Shown in pieces: positions 24,501 to 31,214 of a DNA stretch of 32,000 nucleotides (positions are counted from its first letter, which is position 1; each line of letters starts with the position of its first letter). The DNA is from Minicystis rosea (GTDB taxonomy: Bacteria; Myxococcota_A; Polyangia; Polyangiales; Polyangiaceae): NCBI GenBank assembly GCA_001931535.1, contig CP016211.1, positions 6,835,703 through 6,867,702 of the forward strand. The letters run 5' to 3'. The translations under genes were made by a program, and so were the position numbers. The notes under the pieces were generated by a model. That model ran no database searches. It was not told the DNA's origin and saw only the letters and a program-made list of their open reading frames with translations.

Positions 24501-24731
24501 ATGCGTCTTACCGGCGCCCGAGTCGCCGAGCAGCAGTAAGATTCGCCCGGAGGTCGCCTCGAAGGGCGTCGTCGCCCGAACGACCAAGCGCTCGAACTCC
24601 TGCCGTGCCTCCGCGTGCACCGAGGGCACGTCGAACGGATCTTCCTTCCAGATCTCGTGTCGATGCTCGACCGAATGGAAGACCTCGGTCGGATCCGTGA
24701 GAAATACGCGTAGGCGCTCGTCCTTCGACAT
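21561..24731 (-). CDS. 1056-aa fusion of two P-loop ATPase modules: N-terminal DnaA/ORC-like-Walker-A NTPase plus C-terminal YjgR/DUF853 HerA-FtsK-type ATPase
   Basis: Track ORF 21561..24731. ATG preceded by GGGGAGGCGGAGAC. Module 1: Walker A LLLGDSGAGKTHLL (24504..24527), Walker B-like ALVLCIDQLE. Module 2: AFLGGSGSGKTTVALSVIEQLLVSGVPVIMVDRKGDLAGYA (Walker A 22698..22724), Walker B AAILFDEADLY (21945..21974), and LATQSPGDLD. A Pro/Thr/Ser linker separates the modules. Confidence 0.85.
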   Translation of the reverse strand: MSKDERLRVFLTDPTEVFHSVEHRHEIWKEDPFDVPSVHAEARQEFERLVVRATTPFEATSGRILLLLGDSGAGKTHLLRAFRSHVHKNRVGFVGYMQLTSAANNYARYVLSNLIDSLDQPYDEPVDMRTGLVRIAALLASRAFEPKLAAMLRDDAELDDDEVADLVNTGVDRLLEGAYRNADIDLLRALLFLHRPDPRIKSRIFKFLRCEDIAETDRKRIGGIMPKTHDEHPAWMIQQLGKLLAAVPESPMALVLCIDQLEGLYDLEAISAPFRHAMTTLGDLAEIPSIIVVLSCLEDAYRQLKGTLHRSLLDRIEHDPDPIQLRAQRTADEARSIVVERLRCLYASAGAELDERDPLYPFPPSIIEARAQLRTRDLIEGCREYRQRCKKAGALVDARPSTIAEPPPVESTARFKAVEQWEQRWNDFLAASTSSPSEEEAELVPLLAWAIVRAGEELESGHRFDTSEGDGAVHVTAWGPERRRSEHLYVALCNRQANFGWLARQISQHTKAARDDANQPILVLTRNDEFSAAKSVTQQIALALKGGGRRVIIQDAEWRAMLALQRFTELHDREPFFHEWRADENHMSRLGSIRDILDLDHVERLGTPASTVPAARVSEPRAPTTPKATTTPSTPSSDVAGALVGTTAGVAPKPVHITPAELTCHAAFLGGSGSGKTTVALSVIEQLLVSGVPVIMVDRKGDLAGYARQEVLQRPIADAALDERRKRLLSNVDVALFTPGHPEGRPISISVVPEGLAELPQFEREEAADLAAHALGDMLNYKQTGGDATKRAILMQALRVLSQTISHIGLDTLIDFIGDQDQELVAAVGRLDIKLFAQIVQGLETLKVTGSRLFGAGSEPLDIDLFLGKGAHARPGRARLSVISTKFLRDDAQIQFWVAQLLLAILRWAGKRPRNELQAAILFDEADLYLPAQRQPATKAPMESLLKRGRSAGLGVMLATQSPGDLDYRCRDTIRTWFLGRVKEQTALAKLKPMVSESPIDVLSRLPGQETGEFHLVRAGNVSHVRTLRSVLATEQIPDADLLLLARRIRESAGRP

Positions 24732-24749
24732 GTCTCCGCCTCCCCTTTT

Positions 24750-25688
24750 TCAGCGATCGTCGAGCCGCACGAAGTGGAACGATGCATTCAGATACGATGT
24801 CTCCGACGCCGCCACGTCTTCACGCGGCATCGCCTGGACGAGGTCCGCGCGGCTCAGCTCGATGAGCTGACGTTGACTCGCCTCGATGAGCCTCCCTTGG
24901 AAGTCCGGAAACGTCATCGCGCCGACGGCGCCTTGACGCTGGAGCTCGTTCCACACGTGCGAGATGAAAACCTTGTTGTCGTGCCACCGCCCGGTCGGCG
25001 ACGCCTGCGCCGCCTTGCGCACGCGCTCCGCGAATCCGGGGAGGCCGTTCTCCGCTTTGAGCACGGGAGTGACTACGGGGACCTCGATGTTCTGGGCCGT
25101 GGCACGCGGCGCCGCGGCGGGCGCATCGCGGAGCAGGAGGCGTTCGGTGAGCGTAGTGAGCGAGAACGTCTCATTCTCCGTCAGTCCCACCATTCTCCGT
25201 GCAAGCGCGATGACGATGTCGGACGGCGAGGGGTCCTTGTCTTTGAACGAGAGCTGGTGGTGCGCGATGATGATCGCTTTGGCGAGCCACGCACCGGCCC
25301 CCGCCTTCTCGATGGTGCCAACCGTGAGCGGGAGCTTCAACTCGCGCAATACGAGGAGCTTCTTCGCCCACTTCCAATCGGTCTTGGTGCGCTTGGGCAG
25401 CTCGGTGACGTCCAACACCGCGAGCGCGCGACGGCGCCCTTCTGCGGTCAGCATCAAGCGGGTGTCCCGCTCGATCAGACCACCTGCCTTGAGCCGCGCG
25501 AGCGCGTCGTTCGCGACCTTCTTCGGATCCTCCGCGGAGGCGTCGAGGAGTGGCTCGAGAGCCTTCGCTAATTCTCCCGTGCTCTGCTTCTTCCGCGGCA
25601 GCACGAGCCACGCGAGCACCACCTTGTCCACAGAGCTCATCTTGAGATCATCCACGTCTTTCTCCTCGTCGGATTCGCGTCCGAGCAC
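24750..25688 (-). CDS. hypothetical protein with N-terminal winged-helix-like region
   Basis: Track ORF 24750..25688. Start at GTG 25688, or ATG 25640. It ends 18 nt before the ATPase start. KVVLAWLVLPRKKQSTGELAKALEPLL...ALARLKAGGLIERD looks wHTH-like. The conserved-looking C-terminus (NKVFISHVWNEL...LIELSRADLVQAM...FHFVRL) matches no family I recognise. Confidence 0.7.
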   Translation of the reverse strand: MLGRESDEEKDVDDLKMSSVDKVVLAWLVLPRKKQSTGELAKALEPLLDASAEDPKKVANDALARLKAGGLIERDTRLMLTAEGRRRALAVLDVTELPKRTKTDWKWAKKLLVLRELKLPLTVGTIEKAGAGAWLAKAIIIAHHQLSFKDKDPSPSDIVIALARRMVGLTENETFSLTTLTERLLLRDAPAAAPRATAQNIEVPVVTPVLKAENGLPGFAERVRKAAQASPTGRWHDNKVFISHVWNELQRQGAVGAMTFPDFQGRLIEASQRQLIELSRADLVQAMPREDVAASETSYLNASFHFVRLDDR

Positions 25689-25726
25689 GGCGTCTCGTCA
25701 CTCCGAGCACGCGAGCTTATCCAAGA

Positions 25727-26671
25727 TCACGCCCGCAAATCATGTACCGTCCGAATCAGGTGGGTTGACGCGGCGTCGACGCCGGGGCGCGTCCAGAGCC
25801 GCGGATTGTCCTGCTCCCCGAGCCCGAGCGCGTCGATCACCGCGCGCGCTTGCTCGAATGCGCTCTCGACCGATCGCCCCGCGCTGATGGATCCGTAGAA
25901 CGCTGCGGCGAGCTGGGTCTCGGCCTTCTCTTCGACGGCCCCCAGCATCCCAATCGCGAAATCGACCGTCGCGACCGCATGCTCCGCGAGCGGCGCGGAG
26001 TGACACCCACCGAAGAAGACCAGGCGGAGATCGTCGCCCGCAGCGCGCAGGAGTGCCTGCATCGCCGAAGGGCGCACGGTCACGGAGCGCTCGTCCTCCC
26101 ATTCGAAGAGCATTCCCCTCCGCGACCCGTGCGCATGAATGTGCATGAGGTGTGGGCGATGCTGGTTGAGGTGCGGGACCAGATCCGTTGGACGCACCGC
26201 CCAGCCGCTCGCGAGATGAATCTGGTCCTTGCCGCCGGCCTTTGCGATCGCCTCTTCGATCGCGCGATACGCTCTGCCAGGGTTGAGCGTGGTTTCGCTC
26301 TCCGGTTGCGCGCTGAGGAACAACAGCCGGAGCGGCGAGGCACCATCTTTATCTCTGGAGGCTCGCGAAGGCCCAAGACGTCTGAGCATGTCGTCGAAGA
26401 GAGCAGCACCGCGACGTCCAGCAGCGAGATGGGCTGCGTTCTCCAGCAGCACGCGGAGAGGCACCGTGCCGTCACGGAGCTGCCCATCCTGACTGAGCCG
26501 GCTGAGCACGCGGAGGAGGCGAATGGCCGGAACGCCACCGACAGGCAACGTGGTCACGTATCCGGGCGAGAGCCCTTCGAGGAGCGCGTCCAGCCCCGCG
26601 TCCCCTGCGAGACCGTCATCGACGACGGCCCGATGCAATGCGCGAAGATCGTCCTGATCGAGCAGCGGCAT
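25727..26671 (-). CDS. adaptor (EAD-like) N-terminal domain fused to a CHAT (caspase-fold) protease domain
   Basis: Track ORF 25727..26701. The GTG at 26701 overlaps the caspase stop as GTGA. I prefer ATG 26671, which is preceded by GGAGGA at 7 nt. CHAT dyad context: PHLMHIHAHGS (His) and LRLVFFGGCHSAP (Cys), then QLAAAFYGSISAGRSV. Confidence 0.82.
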   Translation of the reverse strand: MPLLDQDDLRALHRAVVDDGLAGDAGLDALLEGLSPGYVTTLPVGGVPAIRLLRVLSRLSQDGQLRDGTVPLRVLLENAAHLAAGRRGAALFDDMLRRLGPSRASRDKDGASPLRLLFLSAQPESETTLNPGRAYRAIEEAIAKAGGKDQIHLASGWAVRPTDLVPHLNQHRPHLMHIHAHGSRRGMLFEWEDERSVTVRPSAMQALLRAAGDDLRLVFFGGCHSAPLAEHAVATVDFAIGMLGAVEEKAETQLAAAFYGSISAGRSVESAFEQARAVIDALGLGEQDNPRLWTRPGVDAASTHLIRTVHDLRA

Positions 26672-26697
26672 GGTCGCATCCTCCGAGCGTCGCGAGC

Positions 26698-27543
26698 TCA
26701 CCGCGGAAAGAGCGGCAGCGCCGCGAGGTTCGATCGCCCGTTCAAGATGGGGCGCTGCTGGCCCTCGGTCGCCTCGCTCACCGCGCGAGCCACGCGCTCG
26801 TACAAGGCGCCCACACCGATCGTCGCCGGTCCCCCCGAGGGCGGCTGCAGCGCTTCGAGCAGGTGATACGTGAAGAGGCCGTGGCCGAGCGCCTCACTCT
26901 CCCGCGCCACCTGAGCCTCATCCGCTGCCGTGAGGATTACGCTGCCTCGCCCAAGGTCCAACCCACGTAAGGATACGCGCGGAGGCGGCCCATCGCCCAT
27001 GAGCCGGCGCGCAAAGGTCCGTCCCCCGGTCGCACCGCTGAAACAAGTATCGAGGATCACCGCGACGAAGCTCGCCTCTTCGAGGCGCACCATCCAGTCG
27101 GAGAGCCGCAGCTCCAAATCGAGGCCCGTCGCGTGGATGTAAGCATACTCGGTATCATGGAGCGCGAGGAACGCCGAGAGCGAGGCGGTCGCGCTCCGAC
27201 GCTCCGGCGTCCCGTGTGATGCGATGTAGATCAGCACCACGTCTTCATCGCTCACATTCCGACAGAGATCGTCGACCCGCTTCTCGACGTTGCGCAAGGT
27301 CGCCTCGCGGTCGAAGAGCGTATGTATGGAGCGCTCCTCCGGCGCGATGCGTTCGAAGAGCTGCGCCATCGCCGCTGCGTCCTTCCGGGCATAGCGGAGC
27401 CTCCGTATCGACGGGTCCTGAAAATCATCAATGCCTATCGAGAGCGCGTGCAGCACCATCCACCTGCTTTGATTCTCTCGTCGATGGACGAGAGCCCCGA
27501 ACGCAAAGGTCGCGAGCGTAACGGTTCGCGCGGAGGAAAGCAC
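26698..27543 (-). CDS. caspase-family (peptidase C14, metacaspase-like) protease, stand-alone domain
   Basis: Track ORF 26698..27543. Start at GTG 27543, or ATG 27459. HALSIGIDDF. Catalytic His in VVLIYIASHG (27214..27216) and catalytic Cys in AVILDTCFSG (27043..27045, checked on the DNA). GHGLFTYHLLEAL follows. Confidence 0.88.
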   Translation of the reverse strand: MLSSARTVTLATFAFGALVHRRENQSRWMVLHALSIGIDDFQDPSIRRLRYARKDAAAMAQLFERIAPEERSIHTLFDREATLRNVEKRVDDLCRNVSDEDVVLIYIASHGTPERRSATASLSAFLALHDTEYAYIHATGLDLELRLSDWMVRLEEASFVAVILDTCFSGATGGRTFARRLMGDGPPPRVSLRGLDLGRGSVILTAADEAQVARESEALGHGLFTYHLLEALQPPSGGPATIGVGALYERVARAVSEATEGQQRPILNGRSNLAALPLFPR

Positions 27544-27758
27544 GCCCGAGTGTCTGCCCCGTCGTCTTCATCGCGACAGCTCGCGCGCCAATTGTCGAAG
27601 GATCTCGAGTCTCTGTCGCGTCGTACAGGCTGCGTCACCGGAGCGCGTAGGGCAGCTCGGTCAAAGGCCCGAGCGTGCTGCGCCGCGCCCTCTCGGAGCT
27701 GTACGCGATGAATCTCACAGCTCGGCGCGGTCGCCCTGCGCTCACGCCCCGAGACGCA

Positions 27759-30350
27759 TCACGACAGCAAATCGCTCGCCGAGAGCGTCGGCGTCATCTG
27801 CTCGCGGAACAGCGCATACGCCGCGCTCCCCGCAGGCAGCACCGCGTCCCCGCGATACAACAGCGCCAGCGACGGCGGCCCATCGGCGCGCGGCGGACGC
27901 GCGCGTGGCTCATCCGCCTCGCCGCGCACGAGCCGGCCGTGGAAGGCGGCCACGTCCTCGTCAGGGCGCCGCACGAACAGCTTCACGTGCTCCGCGTCGC
28001 CGCGCAGGTACACCCGCTGGCAGCGCGCGGCCGCATGGAGCAAACCGAGATCGAGGAGCGACGGCCGCACGCCGCTCTCGAAATATCCCATCATCGCCGG
28101 GCAGATTTTGGTGATCGCCGCGTTCGACGAGGCCACGTTGTTGAGCTGGAGCTGCCCTTTGCTCTGCACGTCGAGCCAGTGCAGCACGCCTTCGCGCACG
28201 TCGAGCACGAGCGGCAGGAACACACCGTTGTCGCCCTGCAAAGCGAACTTCAACGCCACCGTGCGCGGGTCGAAGTGTTGCCCCTCGGTGTCGTCGCGCA
28301 GCATCAGGCCTGCGAAGCCCCGCTCCAGCGCGGCGAACGGCATCCCCGAGTAGTTGTTCACCACCATCACCGCGTAGCGGATCCCCTCCGCGAGCGCGCG
28401 ATCGCGGTGCAGATCGACGAGCTCCGTCGCGCCGTCGGGCCAAGGGGCATCCCGCAAGTCGCCGGCGCTGGTCGCGAGATCGCGACCGTCCTTCCCGACG
28501 GTGCGGAGGTGGTAGTACGAGCACACGCCCACGTGGTTCCAGGCGTCGTCGTAGAAGCCGACGGAGAGATCCAAGTCCGTCTCGTGCCCGCCCTCTTCCG
28601 GCTGGCACCAATGCAAGAACAGCCGCAGCACCTTGCCGGTCGGCACTTGCACGCGCGAACCGCGCGGCAGCGTGACCGCGGAGGGGCTCGCCGTTCGTTC
28701 GTTGAAGGGCGCGACGATGGTCGCAAGCGTTTCGTCGACGATCGCCTCGGCAAACGCCGGCCTCTCGGCGAAGCGCCTGAGGAGCTCGGCCTCGATGGCC
28801 GCGACCGCAAGCTCGATCGCACGCGCCGGAAGAGGCGCACGCTCGTCCTTCGCTGACGGGCCCATCGCCATTTGGCCCTTGGGCCAGTAGACGCGCACCG
28901 CGGCCGGCGCGCGACGCGCCGGCAGCAGGTTCCGCAGCAGCGCGAGCACCGGCGTGGCGAACGCCGGCACGTGCTTCACGAAGGCCGCGATCACGACATC
29001 GACGGCTGCCTCGTCATGGCCCGCGATCCGCAACGCATGATCGAAACGCCGCGCCAGCTCGCCCGGCCTCTCCGCCAGGATCGCCGCCATCGCGCGGCCA
29101 TCCTGCGCGCGCACGGCCGCTTCGAGCTTCGCGGACCAGCCCTGAAAATGCGGCGCAGGCGTCCCATCCGGCGCCTTGCCGCGCACGATCGCGAACGCGC
29201 GGGCCACGTTGGGAAAGCGCGCCGCATGCTCGTGCGGATGCATCAGCTCCCCCACCCACACCCACGTCGAGCGGTGGCGAAGCATGTCCTCGACGAGCCG
29301 ATCCGGCGCGATCCCCTCGAGCAGCGCGAGGAGCGCGCGACGAAGCGGCCGCCCGAGGCGCGCCACCTTGAAGCGGTGCACCTGGAGCGACAGCGACACC
29401 CGCTTCGTCGTCCGGAGCTGCTCCGCGATCTTGCCCGAGAATCGGCGCGCATCCGCCTCGCCCGAGAAAGTCTTCAGAACGGCTGCGGCCTGAAGCGATC
29501 CATCGGCGCCCGACATCACGGCGATGAGGCGCAGCACATCCGTGGCCGTCGTCAGGTGGCGCCGCGCCGCCGGGAGCACGTCGTCCGGCGCGCAGCGCGT
29601 GAGCAGCGTGCCGAAGATCAGGGCCGTGTTCTCCCGCACCGGGATCGACTCCGGCACCCAGCGCAGCACGTTGCCGCGAAGCTCCTCGACGATCGCGACG
29701 AGCGCCGCCCGATCGTCGGGCGAGATCGCTTGCCGGCGCTCGCACAAGCTCGTGAACAGCGCGCGCGCCGCTTCGTGAAAGTCTCCGCCGTCATCGAGGA
29801 GCTGAAAGCGCACCTGCTCCTTGGGCACGCCGCGATCACGCGCCGGCTGAAAGAACGGCGACGACCGATCGACGTGGTGCTCGCAAACCGGGCACGCCGC
29901 GTAGCTCGCCCCATCGAAGCAGCGATCGCAGACCACGTGCTGGCACGGCCGGAGCACGTGCGTCGTCCCCGTGCGACAGCAGAACAAGCACGGCTGCCCT
30001 TCCGCCTGGAGAAAGTGCACGAGGAGCCGCTCCCACCGCAGCGCCGTCGTGTCATCCGGCACGCCCTCGGGAAAGCTCCGAAACAGCGGCTCGTGCTTTT
30101 GATCCGCGCCGCGATGTGCCGCGAGCACCGCGAGCGCCCACGCACGAAATGCCGTCAGCTCATCGAGCGACGTCCGCGTGAAGCGCGCGCGTAGCCGCGA
30201 CGAGATCACGTAGCCGAGCGCCGCGAGCTCGATCTCGCACGCACCGATCGTCGCCTCGGAGAGCAGTGGCCCTTCCGATGCGACGAAGACCGCGCCACGG
30301 CGAAGGAGGAGCAGCTCGCGAATCGTGGTGCGCTCGTCGGCGGTGGGCAT
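27759..30350 (-). CDS. bacterial C3HC4 RING-finger protein with C-terminal TerD-like domain
   Basis: Track ORF 27759..30350 with an ATG start. RING: C121-x2-C124-x11-C136-x-H138-x2-C141-x2-C144-x8-C153-x2-C156 (29883..29990). TerD-like: LRLFLHWCQPEEGGHETDLDLSVGFYDD...SAGDLRDAPWPDGATELVDL...YAVMVVNNYSG. I recall an NCBI family named after MXAN_6230/SCO0854 RING domain proteins; this needs checking. Confidence 0.85.
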   Translation of the reverse strand: MPTADERTTIRELLLLRRGAVFVASEGPLLSEATIGACEIELAALGYVISSRLRARFTRTSLDELTAFRAWALAVLAAHRGADQKHEPLFRSFPEGVPDDTTALRWERLLVHFLQAEGQPCLFCCRTGTTHVLRPCQHVVCDRCFDGASYAACPVCEHHVDRSSPFFQPARDRGVPKEQVRFQLLDDGGDFHEAARALFTSLCERRQAISPDDRAALVAIVEELRGNVLRWVPESIPVRENTALIFGTLLTRCAPDDVLPAARRHLTTATDVLRLIAVMSGADGSLQAAAVLKTFSGEADARRFSGKIAEQLRTTKRVSLSLQVHRFKVARLGRPLRRALLALLEGIAPDRLVEDMLRHRSTWVWVGELMHPHEHAARFPNVARAFAIVRGKAPDGTPAPHFQGWSAKLEAAVRAQDGRAMAAILAERPGELARRFDHALRIAGHDEAAVDVVIAAFVKHVPAFATPVLALLRNLLPARRAPAAVRVYWPKGQMAMGPSAKDERAPLPARAIELAVAAIEAELLRRFAERPAFAEAIVDETLATIVAPFNERTASPSAVTLPRGSRVQVPTGKVLRLFLHWCQPEEGGHETDLDLSVGFYDDAWNHVGVCSYYHLRTVGKDGRDLATSAGDLRDAPWPDGATELVDLHRDRALAEGIRYAVMVVNNYSGMPFAALERGFAGLMLRDDTEGQHFDPRTVALKFALQGDNGVFLPLVLDVREGVLHWLDVQSKGQLQLNNVASSNAAITKICPAMMGYFESGVRPSLLDLGLLHAAARCQRVYLRGDAEHVKLFVRRPDEDVAAFHGRLVRGEADEPRARPPRADGPPSLALLYRGDAVLPAGSAAYALFREQMTPTLSASDLLS

Positions 30351-30490
30351 GATCGAGAGAAGAGGGTGGGAGGAAATCGCCCAGGCTGGTTAGCGTTAGA
30401 AGGAAGCCTGAGCTCAGCCTCCCAAGCCGAGCTTACGTCAGCCGAGCCTTGCGCGGGAAGCCCGGAGTCGTGGCGAAGGCGCGCTCGACG

Positions 30491-30838
30491 CTACGGGCAA
30501 GGCGGGCTCGCGCTCGAGTCGCCGCCGTCCCCCGCAAGCCAGTGTCCATCGCAGCAGCGAACGAAGATGAACGACCATCCCGAGTCGGCGCCGCACTCCT
30601 TCCCTTCGGCGACGTTGCAGGACGCACCGGGCTTGTTTTGGGCCCAGTCGGGGCACTCGCCGTCGCTGCCCGAGTCGGCGTCCGTACCACCGTCGAATGC
30701 GCCGCCGGTTCCGGAGGAAGGAGAGTCGGTGTCGTTTTGACCACCCGTGGCCGTGTCGACGCTGCTGTTGCAGGCAACGCCGAGGATGACCGCCGTGAGA
30801 AAGCTTAGCGATGTCATGAAGCGAATGATCAAGCTCAT
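30491..30838 (-). CDS. small Cys-rich lipoprotein
   Basis: This is the tail of track ORF 30491..31030. ATG 30838 gives MSLIIRFMTSLSFLTAVILGVAC with lipobox L-G-V-A-C. It continues with a Gly/Asp/Ser-rich linker and a Cys-rich end: ECPDW...CNVAEGKECG...VRCCDGHW. Confidence 0.65.
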   Translation of the reverse strand: MSLIIRFMTSLSFLTAVILGVACNSSVDTATGGQNDTDSPSSGTGGAFDGGTDADSGSDGECPDWAQNKPGASCNVAEGKECGADSGWSFIFVRCCDGHWLAGDGGDSSASPPCP

Positions 30839-31214
30839 GACACCGACGATACACCGACATGCGCCGTCAAATCCACCTCGGCATACGTGACATCGCGCCG
30901 ACGAGAACGCGCCTACGACTCCCCGACACATTCCCACACTCGGGCACTCTGTCCTTGGGACTGGACCAAAGGGGGTCACGCCGACGCCAGAAAGACATTG
31001 GCCATCGCCGCACGCTTTCAGGGTCCTCACGATTCACGTCTCACTCGACACGCCTTCACGGCGGGCTCGGGTCGATGGGCATTCGCCGACATCGCCATCA
31101 ACGCTCGATGCCATCATCATGGCATTCTCTCATTGCTCATAGCGGCATCAGGCAATGGCGATGTGTGTTCCCATTTCGATGGGCGTGGAGTAGAAGGCTC
31201 GTGGGAGAGGTCAA

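Noticed and set aside
21513-24539. 1008-aa + strand ORF (also 7836..9746 +, 27675..28856 +, 28872..30194 +, 9882..10937 -, 11710..12912 -, 17615..18670 -, 3948..5255 -)
   Set aside because: These are Arg/Ala/Glu-rich, motif-free translations lying antisense to or out of frame with genes that have clear family motifs. Such long shadow ORFs are typical of very GC-rich DNA, where stop codons are rare.
20309-27543. Bacterial gasdermin, TIR, Sir2 or nuclease effector within the caspase operon
   Set aside because: I looked for them because caspase-like proteases often accompany gasdermins and HerA often accompanies Sir2 or nucleases. Neither the 312-aa nor the 410-aa protein shows those signatures by eye. 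Absence should be confirmed by profile search.
27544-27758. Regulatory hairpin or small ORF between the RING gene and the caspase gene (CGCGACAG ... CTGTCGCG, and track ORF 27435..27638)
   Set aside because: The 8-bp arms are about 33 nt apart, a poor hairpin. The 67-aa ORF overlaps the caspase 5' end and is Arg-rich nonsense. I could not support either as a feature.
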